Source of the DNA: Eledone cirrhosa
Lineage: Eukaryota
Assembly: GCA_964016885.1 (NCBI GenBank)
Contig: OZ024743.1
Span: 104,346,001-104,410,000, forward strand
Reading direction: 5' to 3'
DNA: 64,000 nt
The notes beneath the pieces are model-generated. The model worked only from the letters and a program-made list of their open reading frames with translations. It did not search any database and was not told where the DNA came from. Numbering within the stretch: the first letter of the stretch is position 1; every line of letters begins with the position of its first letter. The position numbers were made by a program, and so were the translations under genes. Shown one piece after another: positions 39,214 through 52,400 of the stretch.

Positions 39214-39894
39214 TTATGGGTTAAATACCAAATGTGTACATGTTGGGGCAATAATGCCCTTCCATGGGTGTTGGTTGGACATGGCAAGATTTGAACATAA
39301 AATACAAAGAGCCAGAACAAATATGACAAAACATCCTGACCAGCAGTCTACCATTTCCACCAGACCACTGTCTTAGACTGCTTCTACCATTTTGTCACCT
39401 TAATATTACAATCTAAGTATTACAGATGACATTAAGATACATATTACAGGATTGCATAATAAATAGAATGTGATAAAAATCTAACATACAGCCTTCTAAT
39501 TCATTATTATAATAACACTCCGTTGTGCACACACGTTCAATGGTAGAGCTACACTACATCGAGTGCTCAATCCTGTTAATACAAGTGTTAAGTGATCTGT
39601 ATCTAAAAACTAACAACAGATTTATTGACATGGAATTACTATTATATATAAAGACAGAGAAAGGACCATAAATCCAAAAGATATATACAAAGCACATATT
39701 TTTCTTTGAAATATGTGCTTTGTATGTATAAAATATTTTGTGTATTATCTTGGATATATGGTCCTTTCTCTCGCTATATATATACATATATATTTTACTT
39801 TTGAATTATTATAGCTCTGGACAAAGTCTATTGAGATTTTTTATTGAGAAGCACAAAAATCAAACATATTTGATATGTTTTGATTCTTCGCATT

Positions 39895-39950
<56 letters not shown>

Positions 39951-40023
39951 ACACACACATATATATATATATATATATGAGGCTGGACTAGTGATGTTCC
40001 TTTAAAGTTTTATTGTTGCAAAA

Positions 40024-40083
40024 ACACTATATATATATTTCAATGGCCTGGTTACGTAAGATCCTGGCGACATCATCAGGTGC
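40024..40083 (-). ncRNA. Hammerhead ribozyme-like motif (type I, imperfect stem II)
   Basis: gcac-CTGATGA-tgtcgccagg...ccaggccatt-GAAA-tatatatata-gtgt. Confidence 0.55.
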
Positions 40084-40511
40084 AGATTGCATAATTAGTT
40101 AATCAATAAAGGAATTACAGCAAACTCAAACAGAAAATATAGAAAAAATATAGGAAAAATATTTGATTCGGAGATGGCTTGGAACCTAGGTATTATTGTT
40201 GTCGCAGACCATTCTTGAATGTATATATATATATGAAAAGTGGCTGATGATAGGAAGGGCATTCAGCCATAGAAAATCTACCCAAACAAAGAATTAGTAA
40301 GACTCTTCAGCTATGTCAAAGACATGACAACTTCCTTAGTGTTGGTACCACAATATAATACAATGGAAAGAATGTGGGATTGTATCTCAGGTTCCCCCTG
40401 GATATCAAAGGTTCCATTTGAGTACTGACTTGTCTGTGAGAACATTTTGAATCCTTACTAGCAAAGAAAACAGCTGTTAAATGATGATGATGATGATTCT
40501 ATATATATAAT

Positions 40512-40800
40512 GCAGAAATGTGTATGAGAGTATATATGGTCTATAGGATCACATGCAAAAAATGTAGCTCCTCGTACATTGGAAGTTCCATAAGGAGGCT
40601 ACACATACGGATCAAGGAACAAGTGACAATGAGAACCTCTTGCTTTAAAAAACATTGTGACAGATGACGCAACCAAAACATTGAGATCACCATAGAGGCA
40701 ACTGAAAGGGATATGGGAAATTTAAGGATTAAGGAGGCGATTTTCATCAGCCAAATAAAACCAGAGATAAATAATAGGTCAAAAATGCACGAGGCAGAAT
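40512..40800 (+). pseudogene. Penelope-like element GIY-YIG endonuclease remnant
   Basis: Manual translation: VYRITCKKCSSSYIGSSIRRLHIRIKEQ...KKHCDR*...IEATERDMGNLRIKEAIFISQIKPEINNR; one internal stop. Confidence 0.85.
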
Positions 40801-41344
40801 GTTTACTGTGGCGACCCCAGACATGTGCATGTGTTTTGCAAACACATAGACCAGAGAAGAAAACTCCGATTGCTTGTTTGTTTTGACTTGGACTATTTCA
40901 GCTTTGCATCTTAAAAGAAGGTAATAGTCCTGAAATATCATGCTAAAATAAACTGGGTAAAACATTACTTTGTTTTGTTTCATTTGTCATCATTTGCTCT
41001 TCATATTTTTCTACTGCATTGTACCAGCTATATATATTTATATATATATAATAGAAAAAAAACAAGGAAGTTTCATTTATATATAAAAGATATTTATTGT
41101 GTAATGACCTGTTACATGGGTTTTGCAGAGGATTGGCTCAAGGTCACCCATAGGAGTTATGGACCCGACTCCACTATCGATCTGTTCTTCTGACTGGCGA
41201 TGTGACAAAAAAAAAGATATTTTTGTTATTCCTCGTTTTTTTCTATTATATACACTCTGCCTGTGCATAGAGTGCTTGATTTGGTACCAACACCAGTAAT
41301 TCACTGAACCACCTACACTATACCTAAAAAAAGTCTAAAATCTG

Positions 41345-41610
41345 TCTTAAGCCAGAAGGCTCATTTGGCTGGTACTTATCCCGGTTTCATGGTGTGAAGC
41401 GAGTGTAAGTACAAGACTCCCCTCCCCGTTGGACAGGACGCCAGGCCATCGTAGGGTTAAACCCTCAGCTATTGCTGGTAATCATTTTCAGCTGAGTATA
41501 CTGGAGCAACGTGAAATGGAGTGTTTTGCTCAAGAACACAACAGATGCATTGAGCTCACGACATTTTAATCGTAAGTCCAACACCCTTACCACTAGGCCA
41601 CGTGCCTCCA
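41345..41610 (-). mobile_element. tRNA-headed CORE/V-type SINE
   Basis: A box tggcctagtgg, core tgtgttcttgagcaaaacact, tail gaaaccgggataag. Confidence 0.7.
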
Positions 41611-41946
41611 CCCTACACTATATATATATATATATATAGATGACATGCAAACACATGCACACACTCATAAATGTTAAAGTGATGTTAAAATGATTACTTT
41701 ATTTATTTAACATTATGGTATCATTTCAACTCAATTCTACAGAATGATGAAGACGGAACATATCAACTTAAACATGATGTTGACATTATCACAATCATTA
41801 CCCCTTCTCTGTCAATAAATTTCTTGTGTTGGCTTGACATTAAATTGATGTCCACACAGCTATAACAGTTAATATCCTTTACATTAATATCCTGGTTAAA
41901 ATATATATAAATATAGAGACAAATATTTTTATATAAAAAAAAGAAT

Positions 41947-41995
<49 letters not shown>

Positions 41996-41996
<1 letters not shown>

Positions 41997-42435
41997 CTAG
42001 CAGTGGTACCCGGCGTTGCATGGGATAAGGTATTTTGGAACGCGAGCCGCCAACAGACCTAATCGTGGAAAAATTGCATGCCTGGACAATATGTAAAGAA
42101 AATAAACCGAATACTCTGATGGCTGGATAATCTTTAAGATTTTCCTCGATGAAGCAGGAAAAATACAGGTTTTCACCTAATGCAGGCCTTATGGGATCAA
42201 GAAAATGAATTTTTTTTTATGTGCATAATATGCCTTGAAATTTTGGGAAAATCGGCTAGACGTAACGCCTCAAAAAACCCCTAAAAAGCTGAAAAAACGC
42301 AGTTTGTCACCTAATGCGGGCCCTAGGGCATCAAAAAGTTGAATACACATGTAAAGTTTGAAAAAATGGGTTGGGTACTTCTCGAGTTTTAGGGATTCAA
42401 ACACACAGACAGACATCCTCAGTTTTATATATATA
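41996..42435 (+). mobile_element. HINE-like element, second copy (lacks part of the internal duplication seen at 1.7-1.8 kb)
   Basis: Similarity to 1431-1891. Confidence 0.6.
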
Positions 42436-42613
42436 TAGATAATATATATGGAAAAGCAGATGTAAAATGATGATATATATATATAGTTTCTACTTTTGGC
42501 ACAAGGCCAGCGATTACCCCAGTGCATCACTGGTACTTAATTTTATCTACCTCATAAGGATGAAAAGCAAAGTTAACCTCAGCAGATTTTTTATATATAT
42601 GTATATATATATA

Positions 42614-42966
42614 TGGAGGCACATGGCTTAGTGGTTAAAGCATTGGCCTTGCAATCGAAAGGTTGAGAGTTCAATTCTCAGACTAGGTGATGTGTTGTTT
42701 CCTTGAGCAAGACTCTTTATTTCACATTGCTCCAGTTTACTCAGCTGTAGAAATGAGATGCTAGGGACTGGGGTCCATATTATTCCACTTCAAAGTGGTC
42801 GTGGAGGTGCCACGGCAAAAAAGCACCCAGTACTCACTGTAAAATGATGTTGGTGTCAGGAAGGGCATCCAGCCGTAGAAATCAAGCCAGAATCAGTTCC
42901 CATCCCACCCTTGCAAGCAGGGAAAAGTGGACGTAAAATGAAATGATGATGATGATGATGATGATA
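42614..42966 (+). mobile_element. tRNA-derived CORE-type SINE with RTE-derived 3' tail, within (TA)n
   Basis: A box tggcttagtgg, B box gagttcaattc, ccttgagcaagac core, 3' ggaagggcatccagc...(ATG)n shared with the RTE; second copy at 62365-62697. Confidence 0.85.
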
Positions 42967-43190
42967 TATATATATATATATGTTTATGCCTAACTTGATA
43001 TATATCTGTGGCTAACATTAAATAAGAAATAAGTGAGTAATATCTACCACATGTTTGGAGTAAGTCTGACTTTGATGTTTACTTTTCTTCAACCTATTTT
43101 TTTTATTTCATCATCTGTCTATCAGTCTGATACTCACACATCCATACACCTACACACACACATATACATATTTATCTGTGTGTATATTTG

Positions 43191-43221
<31 letters not shown>

Positions 43222-43409
43222 TGACACAAACTATGGAGATGCCCAGAAGACAGCTGATGAGTGGGAATTGTCCATGTGTCTGTCTTCTCCAAGTTTTCTT
43301 TGTCCCTAGTGTCACGTGTGCTATTTTTTAACACACACACACACATAAACATACACAAATAAAGAGTCTATGATCAAAATAGACCATTCGTCTATTCATT
43401 GCTTATAGT

Positions 43410-46400
43410 GTGTGTGTGTTACAACTGACAGACATCTGTGATACAGTGAGTGTGTGTATCACAATTGCCAAATACATCACAGATACTATCTGTGCGTCAC
43501 AAGTAACACAGACATTCCAGTTATGTATGTGTCACAAGTGACAGAGATATCACAGATAATATGTGTGTGTCACAATTTCAGAGACATATCAGTTTATCAG
43601 TTACTAGGTATGTGTCACAACTGACAGTCATCCATGATACTGTGTGTGTCACAACTGACAGATATATCATAGATGCTATGTGTGTATCACAACTGACAGA
43701 AAGAGACATCCCAGTTACTATATGTATGTCATAAGTGACAGATATATCCCAGATACTATGTGTGTGCCACAACTGGCAGAGAGAAATATCCCAGTTATTA
43801 TATGTGTGTCACAAGTGACAGATATATCCCAGATACTATTTGTGTGTCACAACTGGCAGAGAGAGACATCCCAGTTATTATATGTATGTCACAACTGACA
43901 GATATATTCCAGATACTATGTGTGTGCCACAACTGGCAGAGAGAGACATCCCAGTTACTATATGTGTGTCACAACTGACAGAGATATCCCAGATACTATG
44001 TGTGTGCCACATCTGACAGAAAGAGACATCCCAGTTACTATATGTGTGTCACAAGTGACAGAGACATTAAAGATACTCTGTGTGTGCCACAACTGGCAGA
44101 GAGAGACATCCCAGTTATTATATGTATGTCACAAGTGACAGATATATCCCAGATACTGTGTGTGTGTCACAACTGGCAGAGAGAGACATCCCAGTTATTA
44201 TATGTATGTCACAAGTGACAGATATATCCCAGATACTGTGTGTGTGTCACAACTGGCAGAGAGAGACATCCCAGTTACTATATGTATGTCACAAGTGACA
44301 GATATATCCCAGATACTATGTGTGTGTCACAACTGACAGAGATATCCCAGATACTATGTGTGTATCACAACTGACAGAAAGAGACATCCCAGTTACTATA
44401 TGTGTGTCACAAGTGACAGAGATATCCCAGATACTATGTGTGTGTCACAACTGACAGAGAGAGACATCCCAGTTACTATATGTATGTCACAAGTGACAGA
44501 TATATCCCAGATACTATGTGGGTGCCACAACTGGCAGAGAGAGACATCCCAGTTATTATATGTGTGTCACAAGTGACAGAGATATCCCAGATACTATGTG
44601 TGTGTCACAACTGACAGAGAGAGACATCCCAGTTATTATATGTATGTCACAAGTGACAGAGATATCCCAGATACTATGTGTGTGTCACAACTGACAGAGA
44701 GAGACATCCCAGTTACTATATGTATGTCACAACTGACAGATATATCCCAGATACTATGTGTGTGCCACAACTGACAGAGAGAGACATCCCAGTTATTATA
44801 TGTATGTCACAAGTGACAGATATATTCCAGATACTATGTGTGTGTCACAACTGACAGAGAGAGACATCCCAGTTACTATATGTATGTCACAAGTGACAGA
44901 TATATCCCAGATACTTTGTGTGTGTCACAACTGACAGAGATATCCCAGATACTATGTGTGTATCACAACTGACAGAAAGAGACATCCCAGTTACTACATG
45001 TGTGTCACAAGTGACAGATATATCCCAGATACTATGTGTGTGCCACAACTGGCAGAGAGAGACATCCCAGTTACTATATGTATGTCACAAGTGACAGATA
45101 TATCCCAGATACTATGTGGGTGCCACAACTGGCAGAGAGAGACATCCCAGTTACTATATGTGTGTCACAAGTGACAGAGATATCCCAGATACTATGTGTG
45201 TGTCACAACTGACAGAGAGAGAGACATCCCAGTTACTATATGTGTGTCACAACTGACAGAGATATCCCAGATACTATGTGTGTGCCACAACTGGCAGAGA
45301 GAGACATCCCAGTTACTATATGTATGTCACAAGTAACAGAGATATCCCAGATGCTATGTGTGTGCCACAACTGGCAGAGACAGACATCCCAGTTACTATA
45401 TGTATGTCACAAGTGACAGAGATATCCCAGATACTATGTGTGTGTCACAACTGGCAGAGAGAGACATCCCAGTTACTATATGTATGTCACAAGTAACAGA
45501 TATATCCCAGATACTATGTGTGTGTCACAACTGGCAGAGAGAGACATCCCAGTTACTATATGTATGTCACAAGTGACAGATATATCCCAGATACTATGTG
45601 TGCGCCACAACTGGCAGAGAGAGACATCCCAGTTACTATATGTATGTCACAACTGACAGATATATCCCAGATACTATGTGTGTGTCACAACTGTCAGAGA
45701 GAGACATCCCAGTTACTATATGTATGTCACAAGTGACAGAGATATCCCAGATACTATGTGTGTGTCACAAGTGGCAGAGAGAGACATCCCAGTTACTATA
45801 TGTATGTCACAAGTGACAGATATATCATAGATACTGTGTGTGTGCCACAACTGGTAGAGACAGACATCCCAGTTACTATATATATGTCACAACTGACAGA
45901 TATATCCCAGATACTATGTGTGTGTCACAACTGGCAGAGAGAGACATCCCAGTTACTATATGTATGTCACAAGTGACAGAGATATCCCAGATACTATGTG
46001 TGTGCCACAATTGGCAGAGAGAGACATCCCAGTTACTATATGTGTGTCACAAGTGACAGATATATCCCAGATACTATGTGTGTGTCACAACTGACAGAGA
46101 GAGACATCCCAGTTATTATATGTGTGTCACAAGTGACAGAGATAACCCAGATACTATGTGTGTGCCACAACTGGCAGAGAGAGACATCCCAGTTACTATA
46201 TGGATGTCACAAGTGACAGATATATCCCAGATACTATGTGTGTGTCACAACTGGCAGAGAGAGACATCCCAGTTATTATATGTGTCACAAGTGACAGATA
46301 TATCATAGATACTGTGTGTGTGCCACAACTGGCAGAGAGAGACATCCCAGTTATTATATGTATGTCACAACTGACAGATATATCCCAGATACTATGTGTG

Positions 46401-49400
46401 TGCCACAACTGGCAGAGAGAGACATCCCAGTTATTATATGTATGTCACAAGTGACAGATATATCCCAGATACTGTGTGTGTGTCACAACTGGCAGAGAGA
46501 GACATACCAGTTATTATATGTATGTCACAAGTGACAGATATATCCCAGATACTGTGTGTATGTCACAACTGGCAGAGAGAGACATCCCAGTTACTATATG
46601 TATGTCACAAGTGACAGATATATGCCAGATACTATGTGTGTGTCACAACTGACAGAGAGAGACATCCCAGTTACTATATGTATGTCACAACTGACAGATA
46701 TATCCCAGATACTTTGTGTGTGTCACAACTGACAGAGATATCCAAGATACTATGTGTGTATTACAACTGACAGAAAGAGACATCCCAGTTACTATATGTG
46801 TGTCACAAGTGACAGATATATCCCAGATACTATGTGTGTGCCACAACTGGCAGAGAGAGACATCCAAGTTACTATATGTATGTCACAAGTGACAGATATA
46901 TCCCAAATACTATGTGTGCCACAACTGGCAGAGAGAGACATCCCAGTTACTATATGTGTGTCACAAGTGACAGAGATATCCCAGATACTAAGTGTGTGTC
47001 ACGATTGACAGAGAGAGACATCCCAGTTACTATATGTATGTCACAAGTGACATATATATCCCAGATACTATGTGTGTATCACAACTGGCAGAGAGAGACA
47101 TCCCAGTTATTATATGTATGTCACAACTGACAGATATATCCCAGATACTATGTGTGTGTCACAACTGGCAGAGAGAGACATCCCAGTTACTATATGTATG
47201 TCACAAGTAACAGAGATATTCCAGATACTATGTGTGTGCCACAACTGGCAGAGAGAGACATCCCAGTTACTATATGTACGTCACAACTGACAGATATATC
47301 CCAGATACTATGTGTGTGTTACAACTGGCAGAGAGAGACATCCCAGTTATTTATGTATGTCACAAGTGACAGAGATATCCCAGATACTATGTGTGTGTCA
47401 CAACTGGCAGAGAGAGACATCCCAGTTACTATATGTATGTCACAACTGACAGACATATCCCAGATACTATGTGTGTGTCACAACTGGCAGAGAGAGACAT
47501 CCCAGTTACTATATGTGTGTCACAAGTGACAGATATATCCCAGATACTATGTGTGTGCCACAACTGGCTGAGAGAGACATCCCAGTTATTATATGTATGT
47601 CACAAGTGACAGAGATATTCCAGATACTATGTGTGTGCCACAACTGGCAGAGAGAGACATCCCAGTTATTATATGTATGTCACAAGTGACAGATATATCC
47701 CGGATACTATGTGTGTGTCACAACTGGCAGAGAGAGACATCCCAGTTATTATATGTATGTCACAAGTGACAGATACCCAGATACTATGTGTGTGCCACAA
47801 CTGGCAGAGAGAGACATCCCAGTTATTATATGTATGTCACAAGTGACAGATATATCCCAGATATTATGTGTGTCCCACAACTGGCAGAGAGAAAATCCCA
47901 GTTACTATATGTATGTCACAACTGACAGATATATCCCAGATACTATGTGTGTGTCACAACTGGCAGAGAGAGACAGCCCAGTTATTATATGTCACAAGTG
48001 ACAGAGATATCCCAGATACTATGTGTGTGCCACAACTGGCAGAGAGAGACATTCCAGTTATTAAATGTGTGTCACAAGTGACAGATATATCCCAGATACT
48101 ATGTGTGTGTCACAACTGGCAGAGAGAGACATCCCAGTTATTATATGTATGTCACAAGTGACAGATATATCCCAGATACTATGTGTGTGCCACAACTGGC
48201 AGAGAGAAACATCCCAGTTATTATATGTATGTCACAACTGACAGAGACATTAAAGATACTCTGTGTGTGTCACAACTGGCAGAGAGAGACATCCCAGTTA
48301 TTATATGTATGTCACAACTGACAGAGATATCCCAGATACTATGTGTGTGCCACAACTGGCAGAGAGAGACATCCCAGTTATTATATATATGTCACAACTG
48401 ACAGATATATCCCAGATACTATGTGTGTGCCACAACTGGCAGAGAGAAACATCCCAGTTACTATGTGTATGTCACAAGTAACAGAGATAACCCAGATACT
48501 ATGTGTGTTCCACAACTGGCAGAGAGAGACATCCCAGTTATTATATGTGTGTCACAAGTGACAGATATATCCTAGATACTATGTGTGTGTCACAACTGAC
48601 AGAGAGAGACATCCCAGTTATTATATGTATGTCACAAGTGACAGATATATCCCAGATACTATGTGTGTGCCACAACTGGCAGAGAGAAACATCCCAGTTA
48701 CTATATGTATGTCACAAGTAACAGAGATAACCCAGATACTATGTGTGTGCCACAACTGGCAGAGAGAGACATCCCAGTTATTATATGTGTGTCACAAGTG
48801 ACAGATATATCCCAGATACTATGTGTGTGTCACAACTAGCAGAGAGAGACATCCCAGTTACTATATGTATGTCACAAGTGACAGATATATCCCAGATACT
48901 ATGTGTGTATCACAACTGGCAGAGAGAGACATCCCAGTTATTATATGTATGTCACAACTGACAGATATATCTCAGATACTATGTGTGTGTCACAACTGGA
49001 AGAGCGAGACATCCCAGTTACTATATGTATGTCACAAGTGACAGAGATATCCCAGATACTATGTGTGTGCCACAACTGGCAGAGAGAGACATCCCAGTAA
49101 CTATATGTATGTCACAAGTGACAGAGATATCCCAGATACTATGTGTGTGTCACAACTGGCAGAGAGAGACATCCCAGTTACTATATGTATGTCACAAGTG
49201 ACAGATATATCCCAGATACTATGTGTGTGTCACAACTGGCAGAGAGAGACATCCCAGTTATTATATGTATGTCACAAGTGACAGATATATCCCAGATACT
49301 ATGTGTGTGCCACAACTGGCAGAGAGAGACATCCCAGTTATTATATGTGTGTCACAAGTGACAGATATATCCCAGATACTATGTGTGTGCCACAACTGGC

Positions 49401-52400
49401 AGAGAGAAACATCCCAGTTACTATATGTATGTCACAAGTAACAGAGATAACCCAGATACTATGTGTGTGCCACAACTAGCAGAGAGAGACATCCCAGTTA
49501 TTATATGTGTGTCACAAGTGACAGATATATCCCAGATACTATGTGTGTGTCACAACTGGCAGAGAGAGACATCCCAGTTATTATATGTATGTCACAAGTG
49601 ACAGATATATCCCAGATACTATGTGTGTGTTACAACTGGCAGAGAGAGACATCCCAGTTATTTATGTATGTCACAAGTGACAGAGATATCCCAGATACTA
49701 TGTGTGTGTCACAACTGGCAGAGAGAGACATCCCAGTTACTATATGTATGTCACAACTGACAGAGACATTAAAGATACTCTGTGTGTGTCACAACTGGCA
49801 GAGAGAGACATCCCAGTTATTATATGTATGTCACAACTGACAGAGATATCCCAGATACTATGTGTGTGTCACAACTGACAGAGAGAGAGACATCCCAGTT
49901 ACTATATGTGTGTCACAACTGACAGAGATATCCCAGATACTATGTGTGTGCCACAACTGGCAGAGAGAGACATCCCAGTTACTATATGTATGTCACAAGT
50001 AACAGAGATATCCCAGATGCTATGTGTGTGCCACAACTGGCAGAGACAGACATCCCAGTTACTATATGTATGTCACAAGTGACAGAGATATCCCAGATAC
50101 TATGTGTGTGTCACAACTGGCAGAGAGAGACATCCCAGTTACTATATGTATGTCACAAGTAACAGATATATCCCAGATACTATGTGTGTGTCACAACTGG
50201 CAGAGAGAGACATCCCAGTTACTATATGTATGTCACAAGTGACAGATATATCCCAGATACTATGTGTGCGCCACAACTGGCAGAGAGAGACATCCCAGTT
50301 ACTATATGTATGTCACAACTGACAGATATATCCCAGATACTATGTGTGTGTCACAACTGTCAGAGAGAGACATCCCAGTTACTATATGTATGTCACAAGT
50401 GACAGAGATATCCCAGATACTATGTGTGTGTCACAAGTGGCAGAGAGAGACATCCCAGTTACTATATGTATGTCACAAGTGACAGATATATCATAGATAC
50501 TGTGTGTGTGCCACAACTGGTAGAGACAGACATCCCAGTTACTATATATATGTCACAACTGACAGATATATCCCAGATACTATGTGTGTGTCACAACTGG
50601 CAGAGAGAGACATCCCAGTTACTATATGTATGTCACAAGTGACAGAGATATCCCAGATACTATGTGTGTGCCACAATTGGCAGAGAGAGACATCCCAGTT
50701 ACTATATGTGTGTCACAAGTGACAGATATATCCCAGATACTATGTGTGTGTCACAACTGACAGAGAGAGACATCCCAGTTATTATATGTGTGTCACAAGT
50801 GACAGAGATAACCCAGATACTATGTGTGTGCCACAACTGGCAGAGAGAGACATCCCAGTTACTATATGGATGTCACAAGTGACAGATATATCCCAGATAC
50901 TATGTGTGTGTCACAACTGGCAGAGAGAGACATCCCAGTTATTATATGTGTCACAAGTGACAGATATATCATAGATACTGTGTGTGTGCCACAACTGGCA
51001 GAGAGAGACATCCCAGTTATTATATGTATGTCACAACTGACAGATATATCCCAGATACTATGTGTGTGCCACAACTGGCAGAGAGAGACATCCCAGTTAT
51101 TATATGTATGTCACAAGTGACAGATATATCCCAGATACTGTGTGTGTGTCACAACTGGCAGAGAGAGACATACCAGTTATTATATGTATGTCACAAGTGA
51201 CAGATATATCCCAGATACTGTGTGTATGTCACAACTGGCAGAGAGAGACATCCCAGTTACTATATGTATGTCACAAGTGACAGATATATGCCAGATACTA
51301 TGTGTGTGTCACAACTGACAGAGAGAGACATCCCAGTTACTATATGTATGTCACAACTGACAGATATATCCCAGATACTTTGTGTGTGTCACAACTGACA
51401 GAGATATCCAAGATACTATGTGTGTATTACAACTGACAGAAAGAGACATCCCAGTTACTATATGTGTGTCACAAGTGACAGATATATCCCAGATACTATG
51501 TGTGTGCCACAACTGGCAGAGAGAGACATCCAAGTTACTATATGTATGTCACAAGTGACAGATATATCCCAAATACTATGTGTGCCACAACTGGCAGAGA
51601 GAGACATCCCAGTTACTATATGTGTGTCACAAGTGACAGAGATATCCCAGATACTAAGTGTGTGTCACGATTGACAGAGAGAGACATCCCAGTTACTATA
51701 TGTATGTCACAAGTGACATATATATCCCAGATACTATGTGTGTATCACAACTGGCAGAGAGAGACATCCCAGTTATTATATGTATGTCACAACTGACAGA
51801 TATATCCCAGATACTATGTGTGTGTCACAACTGGCAGAGAGAGACATCCCAGTTACTATATGTATGTCACAAGTAACAGAGATATTCCAGATACTATGTG
51901 TGTGCCACAACTGGCAGAGAGAGACATCCCAGTTACTATATGTACGTCACAACTGACAGATATATCCCAGATACTATGTGTGTGTTACAACTGGCAGAGA
52001 GAGACATCCCAGTTATTTATGTATGTCACAAGTGACAGAGATATCCCAGATACTATGTGTGTGTCACAACTGGCAGAGAGAGACATCCCAGTTACTATAT
52101 GTATGTCACAACTGACAGACATATCCCAGATACTATGTGTGTGTCACAACTGGCAGAGAGAGACATCCCAGTTACTATATGTGTGTCACAAGTGACAGAT
52201 ATATCCCAGATACTATGTGTGTGCCACAACTGGCTGAGAGAGACATCCCAGTTATTATATGTATGTCACAAGTGACAGAGATATTCCAGATACTATGTGT
52301 GTGCCACAACTGGCAGAGAGAGACATCCCAGTTATTATATGTATGTCACAAGTGACAGATATATCCCGGATACTATGTGTGTGTCACAACTGGCAGAGAG

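Noticed and set aside
42614-42690. tRNA gene
   Set aside because: The A/B boxes belong to a SINE head continuing into CORE and RTE tail; no complete cloverleaf or terminator; same at 62365 and 41610
43245-43320. ctgatgag motif next to the satellite as a ribozyme
   Set aside because: No downstream GAAA box or closing stems
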